Shown: one piece after another, positions 36,804-49,935 of the stretch
Layout: each line of letters begins with the position of its first letter
How positions within the stretch are numbered: the stretch's first letter is position 1
NCBI GenBank assembly: GCA_013265495.1
Contig: MU058009.1
Coordinates: 1,428,001 to 1,492,000, forward strand
Source of the DNA: Vicugna vicugna
Taxonomy: Eukaryota
Direction of reading: 5' to 3'
Length of the DNA stretch: 64,000 bases
Translations under genes and position numbers: made by a program
Notes under the pieces: generated by a model
Told to the model about the DNA's origin: nothing
Databases searched by the model: none
Seen by the model: the letters and a program-made list of their open reading frames with translations, nothing else

Positions 36804-38252
36804 CCGTGCCTCTTGCCGGCCGCTGGACCACAGGGGGCACCAGCAGCCCCGGGAAGGCAGGTGTGCGGCGGGCTCGGCGCCACCCTGGTGCAGAGCACAC
36901 AGAGATGCCAGAGCGCTCCCCGCCCTCACGGCTGATCTTATCGGCCCCGTCGGGGAGGTGAAGGGCCTGTGTGAAGGGGTTCGTGCCTGTTCATCGTTGT
37001 GGTTGCCCCAAAGTGGAGCAGGCAAGGTGACACTTCAAGCCCTTTTTTTTTTTGCAGAGAACTGCACAAAAAGCAGCAGCTGCTGACAGTCAGTGGTTCC
37101 ATTTCAGATGAAGAAAAACACCCACAGATGGTAAAGGCTGCTGAAGAAACACCACAAAACACAGAGCAGCACACACACGCACACACACGCACACCAACAA
37201 CGAGTTTGGCCCCGAAGGCTCAGAGGGCTGGAGGAAGCGTTCAGGGGCCAGCAGAGAAGCCAAAGCTGGAGAGGAAGGGTTGGCGGATTGGCCGCGGAGT
37301 CGGGGGAGTGAGGTCACAGCGGGAGGATGCTGCGTGGCTTTCTTGGAGGAGAACAGTTCTGGGAGGGAAAACAAAAAAAAACCTGACAGTTCTCAGGACT
37401 TGAAACTGAGCGTTGCTACTTCAGAGAACTGAAAACAATCTCTTATGAAGATGAAGTTCAACAGAGAAAGAAAAGTCCAAACCCGGGCCTTTAAGGAGGC
37501 GATGGCTATTTCCGATCTGCTAAGCAGTCGAGTGGGTGGGAGTGGACCACGGCTGACAGTTCTTACAATGATCCTTGCGTAAATAAGATTTGTATATAAA
37601 GAATGTGTATAAAGGATTTTTTTTATCTCAAAGTGCAAAGGCAAATCCTGACTTGATTAATAGCCTTTGAAACATCCAAATGTATGCGCGTCTCCAAGCT
37701 GCATACATCTGTTTGGCAAACACAACACCAAAGTGAATGAGACAAACCTTGTCTTGTTCTCATACAGTTTTTTTTTCTTTTTTTTTTTACCTAGTTAGGG
37801 GAAGAGACATTAAATAGACACTGAAATACATAGTAGTGATTTTTAGTGTTTTGGAAAAGCAGTGTGTAGTCCTACCAGAGAGAACACCTATTTTTACCTA
37901 GAAGTTTGAGTCTATTCAGTAAGCATTTTAAAATCAGCGATTACATGTAGAGCTATGTAGAAATGGCTGAAATATGATCCTTACTTCCCAGGCGCTCAAA
38001 ATCTTTTAAGGGACTCAGGCATGCTCACACATTAAGAATATTAATATTGGAAAGAAGGAATGCAAGATTAATCATTCAGTTTATTTTAGAAGCTACTTTG
38101 TTTTTCTAGAAAAGGATGCAAATTACCTTTCTGCTATATAGATATTTGCTTCTTTCAGGTCTGGAAGATTTTTTATTGAGATTAGAAGATGTAAAAGACA
38201 TTGCCATTGACCTGGTCGAAACCATCCAACTCAGGGACACAGTGTCTTAGAG

Positions 38253-38423
38253 CAGAACTTCTCAAATTTTAATGTGCATCCAAATCACTTGAGGATTTTG
38301 TTAAAATGGATACTGATTCAGCTGGTTGGTCTGGAGTAAGCCCTGAGATTGGGCACTTTTGGTGACAACTCTGCACATGATGAGGATGCTGGTGACCTGT
38401 GGACCACATCTTGAGTAGCAAGG
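38253..38423 (+). mobile_element. MER5A1-like hAT-Charlie element
   Basis: Reads cagaacttctcaaattttaatgtgcatccaaatcacttgagg...ggaccacatcttgagtagcaagg. Flanked by 8-bp TSD-like tcttagag / gcttaaag. Confidence 0.85.
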
Positions 38424-40544
38424 GCTTAAAGGAAGGGATCCAATCGTACAACATTAAGTTCAACTGGTATTCTTTCACTCAACACACATTTACTGAGTAT
38501 ATCAGCTATGGCATTGTCTTACATTAAAGGTTAACCAGCCCTTCCCTACTGAAGGAAAAAAAAAAGTATTCGCCAACTAGACATTTCACAGATTACAGCT
38601 GTTTGGGATCTGGGTAACCATTTTATACCTGGTGTAAATACTCAGAGAATCTGTGAAAGGAATCCACCAAGATGGCTACAGAAGCATCCAGACTGCTGAG
38701 TCCGGTGATCGTCTTTGTCAATGGTTTCTCTGTGGTGGATGAGGCGGACGACAGAAGTGATCTGGACTGAAGTTTAAGCGGCAGAGGTTGGTCTGGAACT
38801 CAACACAGCTGCGTTCTGGGCGCTCAGTTACTGTCCGGGTGAGACCCTCCCTCTAGAGCACAGAATGCTGTCTGCCGGTCTCGCCAACTCGCAGCCTCTC
38901 CCCCATCCACGTCCTTCGACTCTGCCATCTTGCATGCAGCCTGACAAGAGAGGCCATGGGCCTGCTGTCGCCCTCTCCCACAATGACATTTATCACCCAA
39001 ATGAAACTTGACACTCGAACTGTCATTTCAGCAAGAAGATGATAAAACTCATTTAACCTTTCCACTCCATACGCTGATAATCCCCTCTGTGCCTGATGAG
39101 TCTTGGTGAGGTTTTCTAGAAGAACGGACTCAAATTGCGCAGGGCACACGGGCGCCTGTCTTTCCCTTTCATGTTAGGAGTTCGTTTCTACCCAATCAGT
39201 TTCAAACTTCACACAAATGGAATTTCCAAACTCAAACTGGGTTTGAAGAAAGCACCTTGAATTCCTCCCACGCACGTGGTGAAGAACGTCAAAGGCCCTG
39301 CTAAACGAAGAAAGGAGGGAAGAATCTAGGCACACGTGAAGCCCTTCCTCCACTCCACTCGGACTGTCAGGGAAGTAATTGATGTGTCTCCCAGGGCAGC
39401 AGTAGCTTCCCACCACCGACACTTTTTGTTCTGATGGGAATTAACCCTGTCACTTTGTCTAATTCTCCGTTGGTAAGAAGCAGTCACTGGCGGAGACCTG
39501 TCATTGGGGGTGCGATGGCTTGCACTTGATGGCAGTTGTAATATTTCATATTCCTCAAATGAGGGACAATCCTGAGACCAGAGGAAGGATGGATGGGGTG
39601 TTTTTATTTTTAAAGGAACAATTGTTCATTTTCTAACTCCAAGCGAACCGCTGTTGACACCCTCGGAACTAAGTGATTCAAACCCAAATCTTTAGAAGAA
39701 GAAGGGCCAGTCAGAGGTTTGAGAAACCATTTGCATAAAATACTTCCAAGTATGCTGTGGTTCATTCGTGTTACAAATATTGTTATGAACATTTCTCATG
39801 GGAATGTTCACTATTACCAACCCCATCCATTGTTTTTGGGGAGGGAAACCCAGAAAAGGGGGAGCAGCAGCTAAGAGAAGATGTGGGAGATCTCAAACAC
39901 AGAAAGGACAGTCTATGAAGTAGAAAGAGCCTTGGCTTGGGGGTGATGCACGCCAGTCCTGGTTCTACTGTGAGCTGCCTGCAAGCATTTGAGCTGCACC
40001 GACTTAGCTCCTAATCGCCTCATTTGTAATTAAGAGAACGGGGTCTTTGGTCTGTTTTATGGCTTCGTGTGATTAAAACCTTCCCATCGTCTGAGGAAAT
40101 CGTGCGTCTCCCAGTCCTTTATCTTGCAGGTGATGGCAGCCTTGATACTAAACCACTCGAGATGTGAGATCCGGGAGCTGTGGTGTGAGCTTCATTGTCA
40201 GATCCCTCACAGTACGTTCTGTCTGTCACTGCTTCTCAAACCAAGGGACAATCTTACACAATCAAAAACGCATGTCTAGATATCTCTGAAGGTGTCTCCA
40301 GAGGGCATCCTCTTTCTGCTTTAAGAAAAGAAAAGCTTTCGAGATGACCAGGGTCAAAATAAAATTACGCTCTCCTATTCATTTTATTTTGAAATAAATT
40401 TGAGAGCTTGGGACAAAGCAGCTTGAGGAGAACATCCTAATTGTATTCTGTCATTTCTGGCCTCTGGGTTTAACAGGGTAGTCATGGGAAGAACATGCAC
40501 ATCGTACAAAACTAATCTCAGAATTTGTCTGCTCTATCTCGTGT

Positions 40545-40835
40545 GCCATGTGTAATAATCCTGTGATGAAAGTTATGTCCTCCAATTTATACACAAAAAA
40601 CTGAGCCTGGAAAGGCAAATTACTTCCCGAATACTATGCTGCTTAAAACATACTAGAGACAAGACTTGAACCCGGATCTGTTGCGAGGCAACCTTAAGCA
40701 TCTGTCTCAGTTTCCTTCCTTATAAAAATGCATCAATAACACCTAAATTAGAGTTTTGAGGAGAGAGTTAAATGACATGATGTAGCTGAGATGTTTAACT
40801 CAGAGTCGGTGACATAATAGGTCCTCGTACTTCAT
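40545..40835. mobile_element. Two adjacent MIR fragments in opposite orientation
   Basis: Minus-strand copy (aaactgagcctgg...gacttgaacccggatct) followed by a plus-strand copy (ctcagtttccttccttataaaaatg...gttaaatga). Confidence 0.6.
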
Positions 40836-41919
40836 TGCCTTCTCAAATACATGGCATTTGGAGATAAAGCTTCTCTCTAGAGGGTGGCAAGGGGGACCGA
40901 GGAAGCAGCGCGATGAACTCTCTGGAGACCTTTCTCCAGGTCAGTTATCTTTCAAAGGTTCCTGTTATTACTTTCCAAAAGGCTTTGTGCTTATGAAGCA
41001 GATACGGACTGAGAAGGGCTGGCCGGGCCCCACGGTCACCCTGCAGCCCCGCTTGTGTTGGGTCAGCACGCCCCTGTCTCCGCACGGGGTGAGCACCCTT
41101 TCTGGAATCTTGGCAGGAAACGCTCCTCCCCGCCCCCGCCACTCTCTCCAAGAGTCACGGGTGATGAAGATGTTTCCTGCCATTCTGTACCGGACAGAGA
41201 GTCACTTAACCCTGCTTTCATTATCAGCGGAGTAGCCAGCAACTGGACCTCCGCCCCCTGGAGCGAGCGAGCTGCCAGGCCTGGACCTTTGGGCATCACC
41301 CCCGTCTTGGTTGCAAGCGAGCAAAGCTGTCACCTTCCTGTTTTATCTACACATGGTGCTCGCTTCCTTTGACGTGGATTCTTACACTCAGGGTGGGAGG
41401 GATTTCTCGAAAAACAACATGTGTTGTGTGCCTCTGATTCCCTGTCTCCCCACCCCTTTCTCTTTCCTTTTCAAGGCTCCAGTAATTGCTAAATGGCACG
41501 TCCTGAACACCCAACACCCTCGGCTAAAAATACCAGAGCATGTGCTTATCTGCGTGGCTGCTTCCTCCCCAGGGGCTTCACAGACGTTATCTCATTTATC
41601 CTTAAAAACACCCTGTGCGGTAGGATGTGGTCAAACAGCGCTCTTCCAGCAAGGTGAGGATGGCCTGAAGAGGAAAGGTCAGCATTTAAGGTTCTATTCC
41701 GAGGCCCAGCAGACCAGCTCAGGTCTTTAATGTCTCCGCTTAAAATCCCAGTTGCTCCGCATTTCCCCCTTGAACTGTGGGAGTCCCCGTAAGGCAGACA
41801 CAAACCCCAGTATCCTGGCGTGCAGGGAGGGGCCAGGCTGAGATGGACTTGGCGGCTTCTGGGCTGCTGCGTCTGGGGCCTTTGCTTTCATCACATCTTT
41901 CAAGATAGAGAGCCTCCAG

Positions 41920-41991
41920 CCCTCAGTCCTCACTTCAAATCACTGCACGTTCACCCCCTCAGTCGTCACTCCAAGTCACTGCGTGTTCACC
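41920..41991. repeat. Degenerate 36-bp tandem duplication
   Basis: ccctcagtcctcacttcaaatcactgcacgttcacc versus ccctcagtcgtcactccaagtcactgcgtgttcacc, with 5 mismatches. Confidence 0.85.
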
Positions 41992-42061
41992 CCAGCTTAC
42001 CTCGTCTGCCGCCATGGCTTCACCCTCACGTGTGTAACTAGTGGTAACTACCAGCTTTCCA

Positions 42062-42083
42062 TCTCTCTCTCTCTCTCTCTCTC
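42062..42083. repeat. (TC)11 microsatellite
   Basis: Perfect run. Confidence 0.95.
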
Positions 42084-42269
42084 AGTTGATTATATAATTT
42101 AGTTCTTTCTATTCCGTAACGACATGACCTTCCAAGTAGAGCATGTCATGTTCGTCCTCACTTCAAACACCTTCGTATACTCTCTATTCCAGGACCTAAA
42201 ATAATGACCCATCCAAAAAAGCTGGGACTTCTGGCGGATCCCACCCCGCCATTACTGCTTACTGGGCTA

Positions 42270-42760
42270 GACGCCTTCCAGATGCCCCTCCGTGCAGATC
42301 AACTCCATCCTCCCAAGCACATGCCCAGGGAAACTGACTTACGGGACGGAAACAACAGAGCTCCCTTGGCCTCTGGCGGTCAGTGGGGCTTGGCCACTGG
42401 GGAGCCCTGGCAGGAGACTGGAAGGAGGCAGGAGTGAAGGCACTTTGTGTATATTCCCCTCCTCCCGCCCTGTGGGGTCACCACAGACTGGCTGTGTCCT
42501 GGACCTGAGGCCACATGCCATCATGCATCCCTTTCTACACAGCTCTTGCTGGGTTCCAGTAACCATCCCTTCCTGCTGCCCATCAGGTTTGGAGGTGGTG
42601 CAGACGCCTACCCAGTCATTGTCACCAACCTCAGGGCCCTGCTCAGTTCCCACTGCATTTTTTAAGCCTCACCCACACGCTCTGTAAGTAACCCCTGTAT
42701 TCAACTTTTTACAACATCCAGCTAGATTGTACTATCTCTTTCCTGGTGGGGCCCCCAGTC
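42270..42760 (+). mobile_element. ERVL-class solo LTR, LTR33-like
   Basis: Contains gctcccttggcctctggc...ttggccactggggagccctggcaggagactggaaggaggcaggag...cccacacgctctgtaagtaacccctgtattcaact. Confidence 0.7.
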
Positions 42761-43249
42761 ACCAGTTTCTAACTTTTCCGTCCAGCTCGGATGACTGCAT
42801 GTTAAACCCTCAACACGTCTGCCCTGATTGCTTTGTCTCATCCAAGTCCGTCCCCCTGTATTCTCCTGGCCGCTGTTCAAACTGTCAGTACCGTCTCTAA
42901 AACGCCCATGTAATTGCAGTAATCCTGCAGAAGCCCACCAAGGGCTCTCTGTGTCCTTCATCGCAGACTTACTTGTCTGTCTGTCCATCTTTCTAGAGTA
43001 AATCTTTCATCACTACTTGCAGGGCATCTTGCCGTCTATAAACATTTATTAAATGAATGAACATTGAATGGGACTTGAGGTCTTCAGGGAATTATAGCTG
43101 TTTCCTTTTACAGTATTGTTTTCCATCTAAGTGCAGTTTCTCGTCCTGCTGCGTAAATCTTAAAGCTATGGGACCACAAATGCCTGAGACTAATGTTTCA
43201 CCCCTCTATTGTTCAGAACTCTTACCGATGAGGGGTTAGATCATGATGA

Positions 43250-43485
43250 AAAAGCAGAGGCTATAAACTAGCTTTCCTGGATTCAATTCCCGGTTTATCC
43301 ACTAATCCTGTGACCTTGGGCAAATTGCTGAACATTTTATGCCTCATTTCCTAGCTTTTAAAATGAGGGGAGTAGTATCATCTAACTCATGGGTTTGCCA
43401 CAAGGATTAAAGGAATTAACACCTGCCAAATGCTAAGAACAATGCCTGGCACATGGTGGGTACACGATCCATGTCAGCTCTTACT
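43250..43485 (+). mobile_element. MIR SINE, near full length
   Basis: Contains cctggattcaattcccgg...tgtgaccttgggcaaatt...gcctcatttcct...aaggattaaagg...agaacaatgcctggcacatgg. Confidence 0.9.
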
Positions 43486-44414
43486 TAACCAGCACGTCAC
43501 TCCTATGGTATCTGTCTGTTTGTAGTCTGTTCAGCTCACTCTTTTGTGAAAACAGACCTCTACCTGCAAGCCTTCTAACATCAGAGACCGTGACAGCCCC
43601 CCCATGGTTGTGACCGCACCCTCCCCACCTCAAGTTATCACGCACCTGTCACTTTCCGCAGCCTCTGCTGAAGACGTTCTCCCCAAATTATCTTCCTTCT
43701 ACTCCTGGCTTGTCAGCAGCAAGAGGCAAAAAGAGGATGGGTGCTTAGAATGTCTTTGTGTATTATAATGGATCCCCTCGTGATCTTTCCCACAAGAATA
43801 TTTCCTTCAACACTGAGACTCTCCCTTTCTTTCTCCTCTCTTTATCTTTTTCTTTTTCTTTTTTTTTTCAACTCGACAATTATTTATGGACAATTTTGTA
43901 CGTGCTAGCAGTCACCTTCACTTTTCTTTTTTCCATCTTTGCCACCGTGACTTTAGGATGCCTTGGCTAATTTTTTTTTAACTTTTTCTTTTGAAGAGAC
44001 TCACTCCTGCATCTTCATTCCTTCGAGACTCACAGAAGACGTACATTTGGAATTTGAAGAGTAAACTTACCAAAGCAAAGCTTTGAAAACCTGATTATAA
44101 AATATATGTTTATAAATACAATCTGAGAAAAAGCAGGTAAAAAGATCAAGAAAAAATTAGTAAACTATCATTCTAACCTCCTGAAAACATCAGCACTAGT
44201 ACTTTATAACTTGTCTTTTTCAGTCTCTCTTAGATTTAGATGTATTTTTTTTTTCAGAGTTGAGGCTGTCTTCCATACATATTTTGTATCCTGCGTTTTT
44301 CTATTTTGTAAAATAATCATCACTGATCCAAACCATAAAGGTTTTAATGATACTGTGAATTGAATTAATTTAATTCAATGGCAACATCATATTCTATTCT
44401 TCTTTTACACCAGT

Positions 44415-44665
44415 GATATGAATTAGGAGTTTAGGACTAACATATACACACTACTATGTAGAAATCGATAAACAACAAGGACCTACTGTACAGCACAGGG
44501 AATTATATTCAATATCTGGTGATATCTATAGTGAAGAACAATATGAAAATTTTATATATATGTGTGCGTGTGTGTATATATAAAACTGAATCACTTTGAT
44601 GTAAACCAGAAAGTAACACAACATTGCACATCAACTCTACGTCAATCCAAAAAAGTAGAAAATAC
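44415..44665 (+). mobile_element. Cetartiodactyl-type L1 3' end
   Basis: Contains gataaacaacaaggacctactgtacagcacagggaattatattcaatatct...aactgaatcacttt...acacaacattgcacatcaactctac. Confidence 0.88.
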
Positions 44666-47600
44666 ATTTTTAAAAGAGCAGCTCCAGGAGCGTGGCCCGT
44701 TGCCCCCTGTCTCTTCCACACCAGGCTTCTCAAGTTTCCTTTGGTGCCTGTTTGCTTTAAAGGATGAACTCAAGGCAGACAGCCCCGCCGAACAGCCCCC
44801 CCTCACCGCTGGTGGGGAACAGCGTTCTCTGAATCAGGAGTAGCTTCCGGCAAATGGAGCAAAACAGAGATCTTTGACACGTAGGGGCCAGAGAGACGTT
44901 CTTGAAGGAACAATGGGACACACCGTGGACTATTTACAGAATCCGCTGCCCCGTGTTGTGGCTACAGTGTTGCCGGGCAATTTGTATTGTCTAGTTTTCA
45001 ACCCCCAGGCCTCCCTCTGCACCCCCAGCCCCACCAACTGCCTGCTCAGCTATTGTCATTGATGGAACCATCCTGGCCTCGCCTACCACCACCCACCCCA
45101 TCATTTCCCTATTGTTTGCGGGCCGGCCCTGACCCCTGGGTATTTATAAAGGCCATTTCCCTCTGCATCATTGTGTGCTCAGTGGCCCTCAGCTCCCCAC
45201 ATTTCCTGACAATGAGGGGGGGCTCGGTAACAGCCCGAGTCCAGGTCCTGACTTCCTCCATGTCCTGTTTACCGCCTTCTGCAGGCATCTCTCTGGCCTC
45301 TCCGCAAGCAGCGTCCACCAGCACTGATCCACCGGGCCCAGGCTGCCGACAGATTGTAGTCCAGCCGTGTGCCTGCAAGAAACCAGCCCAAGAGCCAAGG
45401 GCTTCCATGTGACGGGCTGGAACCCCGAAAAGTGTTTGAGTCTCTGGATTAAATTGCTGGGGTCCTGAGTCAAAATCAATGATGTTGGGGTTGGAGAGAT
45501 ACACACACAGCCTAGTTCTCTCTGTTTCCCAGCATGTGGAACTGGTGACCTTGGCAAGCTCCACTTTACAGTCTGGATCCTGGAGTCTAGAGCCTGAGGG
45601 TCTGCACTGCTGGGACCAACACAAACTCCAACAAAAAAACAGGCTCTTGTGGGCAAACGTCAGGGAAGGTGAACACGTGCTTGGCAGAAGTATGGCATCT
45701 CCTTGTTTCCTAGGATCTTTTTTCTTTCTTTCTTTGTTTTTCCCCTTTTATTCCTGCCTTGCTCCCTGTGGAAGAATGGTCTTCAAGGCAGGATGAAAGC
45801 CTCAATCACAGGTGGAAGTGAAGGGAAGGGAAAGGGAAGGGCTTGGTAGACACGAGACTCTACTGTTTCAAACTTCTCAGTTCATTGTCTGTTTTCAAAC
45901 TTAATTTGATAAGGAGCTCCTCCCATTTCCCACAGGCAAGATGAGAGAACCAAAGCTCAGTCAGGGTGATGAAGAAACTTGCTTAAGGTCACGAGTCACT
46001 TGCCAAGTCCGGTTCCCGCCTAAAAACATGGCAGTGTACAGCTTTGGTCATTTACTCATGCTTGACATCGCCCTTGACCAGTCCTCTCTTCCCTCCATGC
46101 CTCCACCGTCTCCCCATTGCCTCTGCTCGTCACTCATTTGCTCTCCAGGAGCAGGAGAGGATGCATGAGCTAACGTCAGCCAAAACGGGCCAACTCCTCT
46201 CAGCAGGATTTAAGGCTGAGCCCTCCAGACCCACAGCTGTTAGAGCAGACCTTTCCAGGCTCCACCCACTGGGATGAGCTAGCGCCTTGTTAAATGAGGC
46301 TCCAGCCTGGTTTGACTTTTTGTGATGTTCAATCTCTCCTGCAGCGGAGCCCGGCAGAAACTGAGATGTGGGCTGCCCCTGCTGTGGATCACTGCAGGCG
46401 GAGCTCCGGTTTCAGTGAGAAACACAGGCAAAGGTGACTGGAGCCACCAACGGACCAGCCCAGGCTGCCCCTCATGCCTCGATTGTTTGGTTTGGCAAAG
46501 CCGTGATCTTTTCCTGATGTCTGGGTACCAACAGACACTTTTCTCCCAGGGGCCCTTCTGGCCACTCTCTTGGTCCCAGATCACGACGCATTCACATTTC
46601 CTCAAGCACTCCGGCTGAGCACGGATGTGTGTTTGGTCGGGGCCACATCATCGTCCAGTCTGACGTCTCCACCCTGCCTCCTCTCGCAGCAAGCATCCTG
46701 CTCCGTTCCTGGCCCAGCTGCTGCTCCAGATGGTCCAGCTCCCGACACGCAGTGGGCCAGTCCTGGGACTGGTGACAGGGTGAGTAATGCACAGGCCAGC
46801 CAGCGGGTCAGAGGGCAGCGGCCCCTGGGATCACATCTCCTTAGATGCGAGACCCACTCCCTGTGATCGCCCAGTGGAATTAGTTCCCAGAGCTGATGGG
46901 CAAGATAAAGCACATTAGCAAAATGTGCCCTCTTTGATTTGATGCCACAGGGGCACGAGATTGCCTGGAGGACTTGAAATGTTCACGGACCCTCTCCTGA
47001 GGCCACCGCCGCTACGTGCTGTCCCTTATCAGCACCAGGGTCATCGTGTAGCACTAGGATGGCAAAGCTAGAGGGGGCGCAGGAAACCCCCCTTTACTAA
47101 ATGAGAAGGCAGTCCAGGGGGCTCCAGGGGCCTGTTGGAATCTGCCCCAACCCTCCAGTCCACCCCAGTGACCTCTTCATCTGCATCCTGTCACCATGTC
47201 TGGAAAAGGCCTCCCAGGGCAGGAGGGAGCCGTGCGAAGTGTGAGCTCTGCTCACACAGGGATATTGCTGTTTCTCAGCTTTAAAAGGGTAAAAAGAACA
47301 AAATGCCAGAAATGAGCTCCCCACCCTAGCAGACACACCCTCACCTACAGGTGGGGGAGACATGGTGACCACAGTCACCAGCCCCCGGGGACCAGCTTCC
47401 TCTCTGCCCCTCGCTCTAATCTACCCCACATTAAGCTAAAGTCATGCAGCCATAACAATAAATATTAGAAAGAGAAAAAGAGTACAAAAAAGACAACATC
47501 ATCGCTGAATAACCCTTGTCACACCCATGAATATGCATCTGCTTATTTTCTCACCGCAACACCGCTTCAACTAGATGGGAGCAGTGCTTGACATGTAAGA

Positions 47601-48329
47601 TTTTTCATTGACTCAGCCCATCTGTAAGTCAGTCATCCATTCAATCCCTCACTCAGCAAAGAGGAAGATTAAGATTCAGTCTGCATTTATTTATAATATA
47701 CTTTATGCCAGACATTCTACTAGGTGGCAGGTCATCCTTCTGAGGAATACTGTGTTGCAGCCTGCAGTTTGGGGGGTGGGGGGAGAGACACATTAAAAAC
47801 TGCGCAGCCTGATGTGAGTAAATATATATTCAAACGCACACCGTTACGCACACATAAAACAGAAATATACACAGAAAGCCTAAAATCGCTCAGGATGGGT
47901 GAAGAGAACATTAAAAAAATCCTCACAGAGTAGATAATATTAGAGCGGGTTTTTAAAGGGGACTGGCTCTGGGGGTGCACACTGAGAATGAAGAGGCCCA
48001 GCAGACAGAGGCGGTCGCCTGTCCCCAGAGCAGAGGAAGGAGGGGGTCAGGCTGCTCAGGGAGCCGCGGGGAGTCAGGGCAAGGCGGGCAGGAGAGCCCC
48101 GATCCCAGGAGCAAGAGCGCCACGCCGAAGAGCGCGGACGTTACCCCAGTGGTACTGGGGACCCATTCAGTGAATGAATAACAGAATAGTAGGATTAACT
48201 TTGCAATGAACAAATACTCCGATTCTGAAGCCCAGCATGAAGTGAGGTGAGACAGGCAGCAAGGAGGCTGTGGGACAGTCTAGACCTGTGCTTCCCTTTG
48301 CTGAATGCTCAACTGGTACCAGCATTTCT

Positions 48330-48640
48330 ACCAACAAATATTAACGAGAAGCTCCCCGTTTCAGGCGCTGTTCCAGGCATGTGGACACAGTGGTCAACAG
48401 GACGGACAGTCCTCCTGGCGGGGCACTTCCCGAGACCCCGCCACACGTCAGATGAGCGCCTCACACGTCGTGTGGCACTCGGGCTCAGAAGAAAGCTCGG
48501 TGTTGGTTACTGTGATTTTCCCCATCTTCCTGATGGGGGATCAAGGCTTAGAGAAGGTAAACGACTTGCCTAATTCACTCAATCAGTGATTAGTAGAAAG
48601 CTGATTCACACCCAGACAGGTTCATCCCGAGGCTCGCAGA
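48330..48640 (-). mobile_element. L2/MIR fragments
   Basis: An L2 end (caacaaatattaacgag...aggcgctgttccagg) followed by MIR sequence (ccccatcttcctgatgggggatcaaggcttagagaaggtaaacgacttgcc). Confidence 0.6.
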
Positions 48641-49554
48641 GGTATCCGCTATTCTAGATAATTCTTCATTAGACATCTCCAGTGCTTGATCATTTTAGAC
48701 ATTTAAGATCCTTTTAGGTCTTAAGACAGCTCCGTCTTGTAAGATCCTCCTAGGCCTCAGGGGGTCTTATTTTCACAGACCCTTTGTTGCCTTTTGTATT
48801 AAGATACCCCTAAATCATGCATTGGATATGAGGCACACCAAGCTCTGTGAATGACGCTGCAGTCGACTAGGTTTAAACAGCACAGCACCTTGTGGCTGTT
48901 TGATGAAGGACTCGTTAATTTGGATTTTCCTCAGCTCCGGTGGAGTCTGACATAATAGAAATTGGATGTTGTCTCCGGAAGTAGAAATGCAAATCGATGG
49001 AGTTACAGAAGGCTTCTTCGGAGGCACCACTGAATAGGGTCTGGAAGGGTGAAGAGGAGAAAGTCAGACAAGAAAAGACAGAAGTCAGGCCAGGAAGAGT
49101 CCAGGAAGACTGTGATGGGTGTGCAAAGAGAAAGGTCTGAGAAGGTCTGGTGGATCTGGGAGCTTTCAGAAAGACTCTTAGACCCTATGGAGACAGCTGG
49201 CATTCCAAACGATGGTTCCATGTGGTGAGAAAGGTTGCTTACATCTTACATGGAGGTTTGATCTCTAAATAAATAAAGAATAAAGCAGCGGAGTAGGAGG
49301 GCTCTACTCTAAGAGGCATCCTTCAAGGCACGTCATTCAGTGGTGTTCATATTACATAGGCTAGCTGGCACCTTATGATTTAGTGTTGCCTTCAAAGCCT
49401 GAAGCACGTGGTTTTAAATATCCTGACTACTGGTTCATTTTTGTTCTTTTAGGTATGAATTCAATTTCCAGAGACAGCCTAGATCTCAGTGAGAACCCAG
49501 GATGAAGAATACTAAGAGGAATGATGCTGGACAAACCATTTTTGGTCAACAGGA

Positions 49555-49780
49555 AAACGATCATTGCAGTTGAAAGTCTGCTGAGCCCGTTGTGTGTTCC
49601 AGGTTCTAGAATCTTCTCCTCTAAAAATTCTATGAAGAAAATACAATTACTTTGATTTCGACTTTATTCATGAGAAAAAAAGAAGCTCTGCGAGGAAAAG
49701 GGCTTGCCCTGGGTCATATAAAAGTTCTGAACTGGAACTAGGTTTGAATCCAGGACCTGAGCTCTTCACTGCTGTGCTCT
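49555..49780 (-). mobile_element. MIR fragment
   Basis: Contains ggcttgccctgggtcatata...aggtttgaatccaggacctga. Confidence 0.55.
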
Positions 49781-49832
49781 TCTGTTCCTCTGCAATACAA
49801 GACTTTATTTTTTTTCCCTGAGTTTAGAGCCT

Positions 49833-49935
49833 TTTTTTTTTAACTGAAGTACAGTCAGTTACAGTGTATGTATTCCATACATTCATTTTCATATTCTTTT
49901 CCATTAAAGGTTATCACCAGATATCAACATAGTTT
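49833..49935 (-). mobile_element. Very short camelid-type L1 3' end
   Basis: T-tract followed by aactgaagtacagtcagttacagtgt...tattcttttccattaaaggttatcaccagatatcaacatagtt. Confidence 0.7.

Noticed and set aside
38672..38770. Short ORF MATEASRLLSPVIVF... with good start context / YY1-like AAGATGGC
   Set aside because: Only 32 aa, with no homology I recognise and no supporting exon structure.
48703..48769. Two consecutive taagatcct...ggtctta imperfect hairpins
   Set aside because: The stems are short and imperfect. They could be chance or a decayed DNA-transposon remnant.
48930..48950. Partial resemblance to the miR-205 reverse complement (ctccggtgga)
   Set aside because: Only ~10 nt match, with no precursor hairpin.
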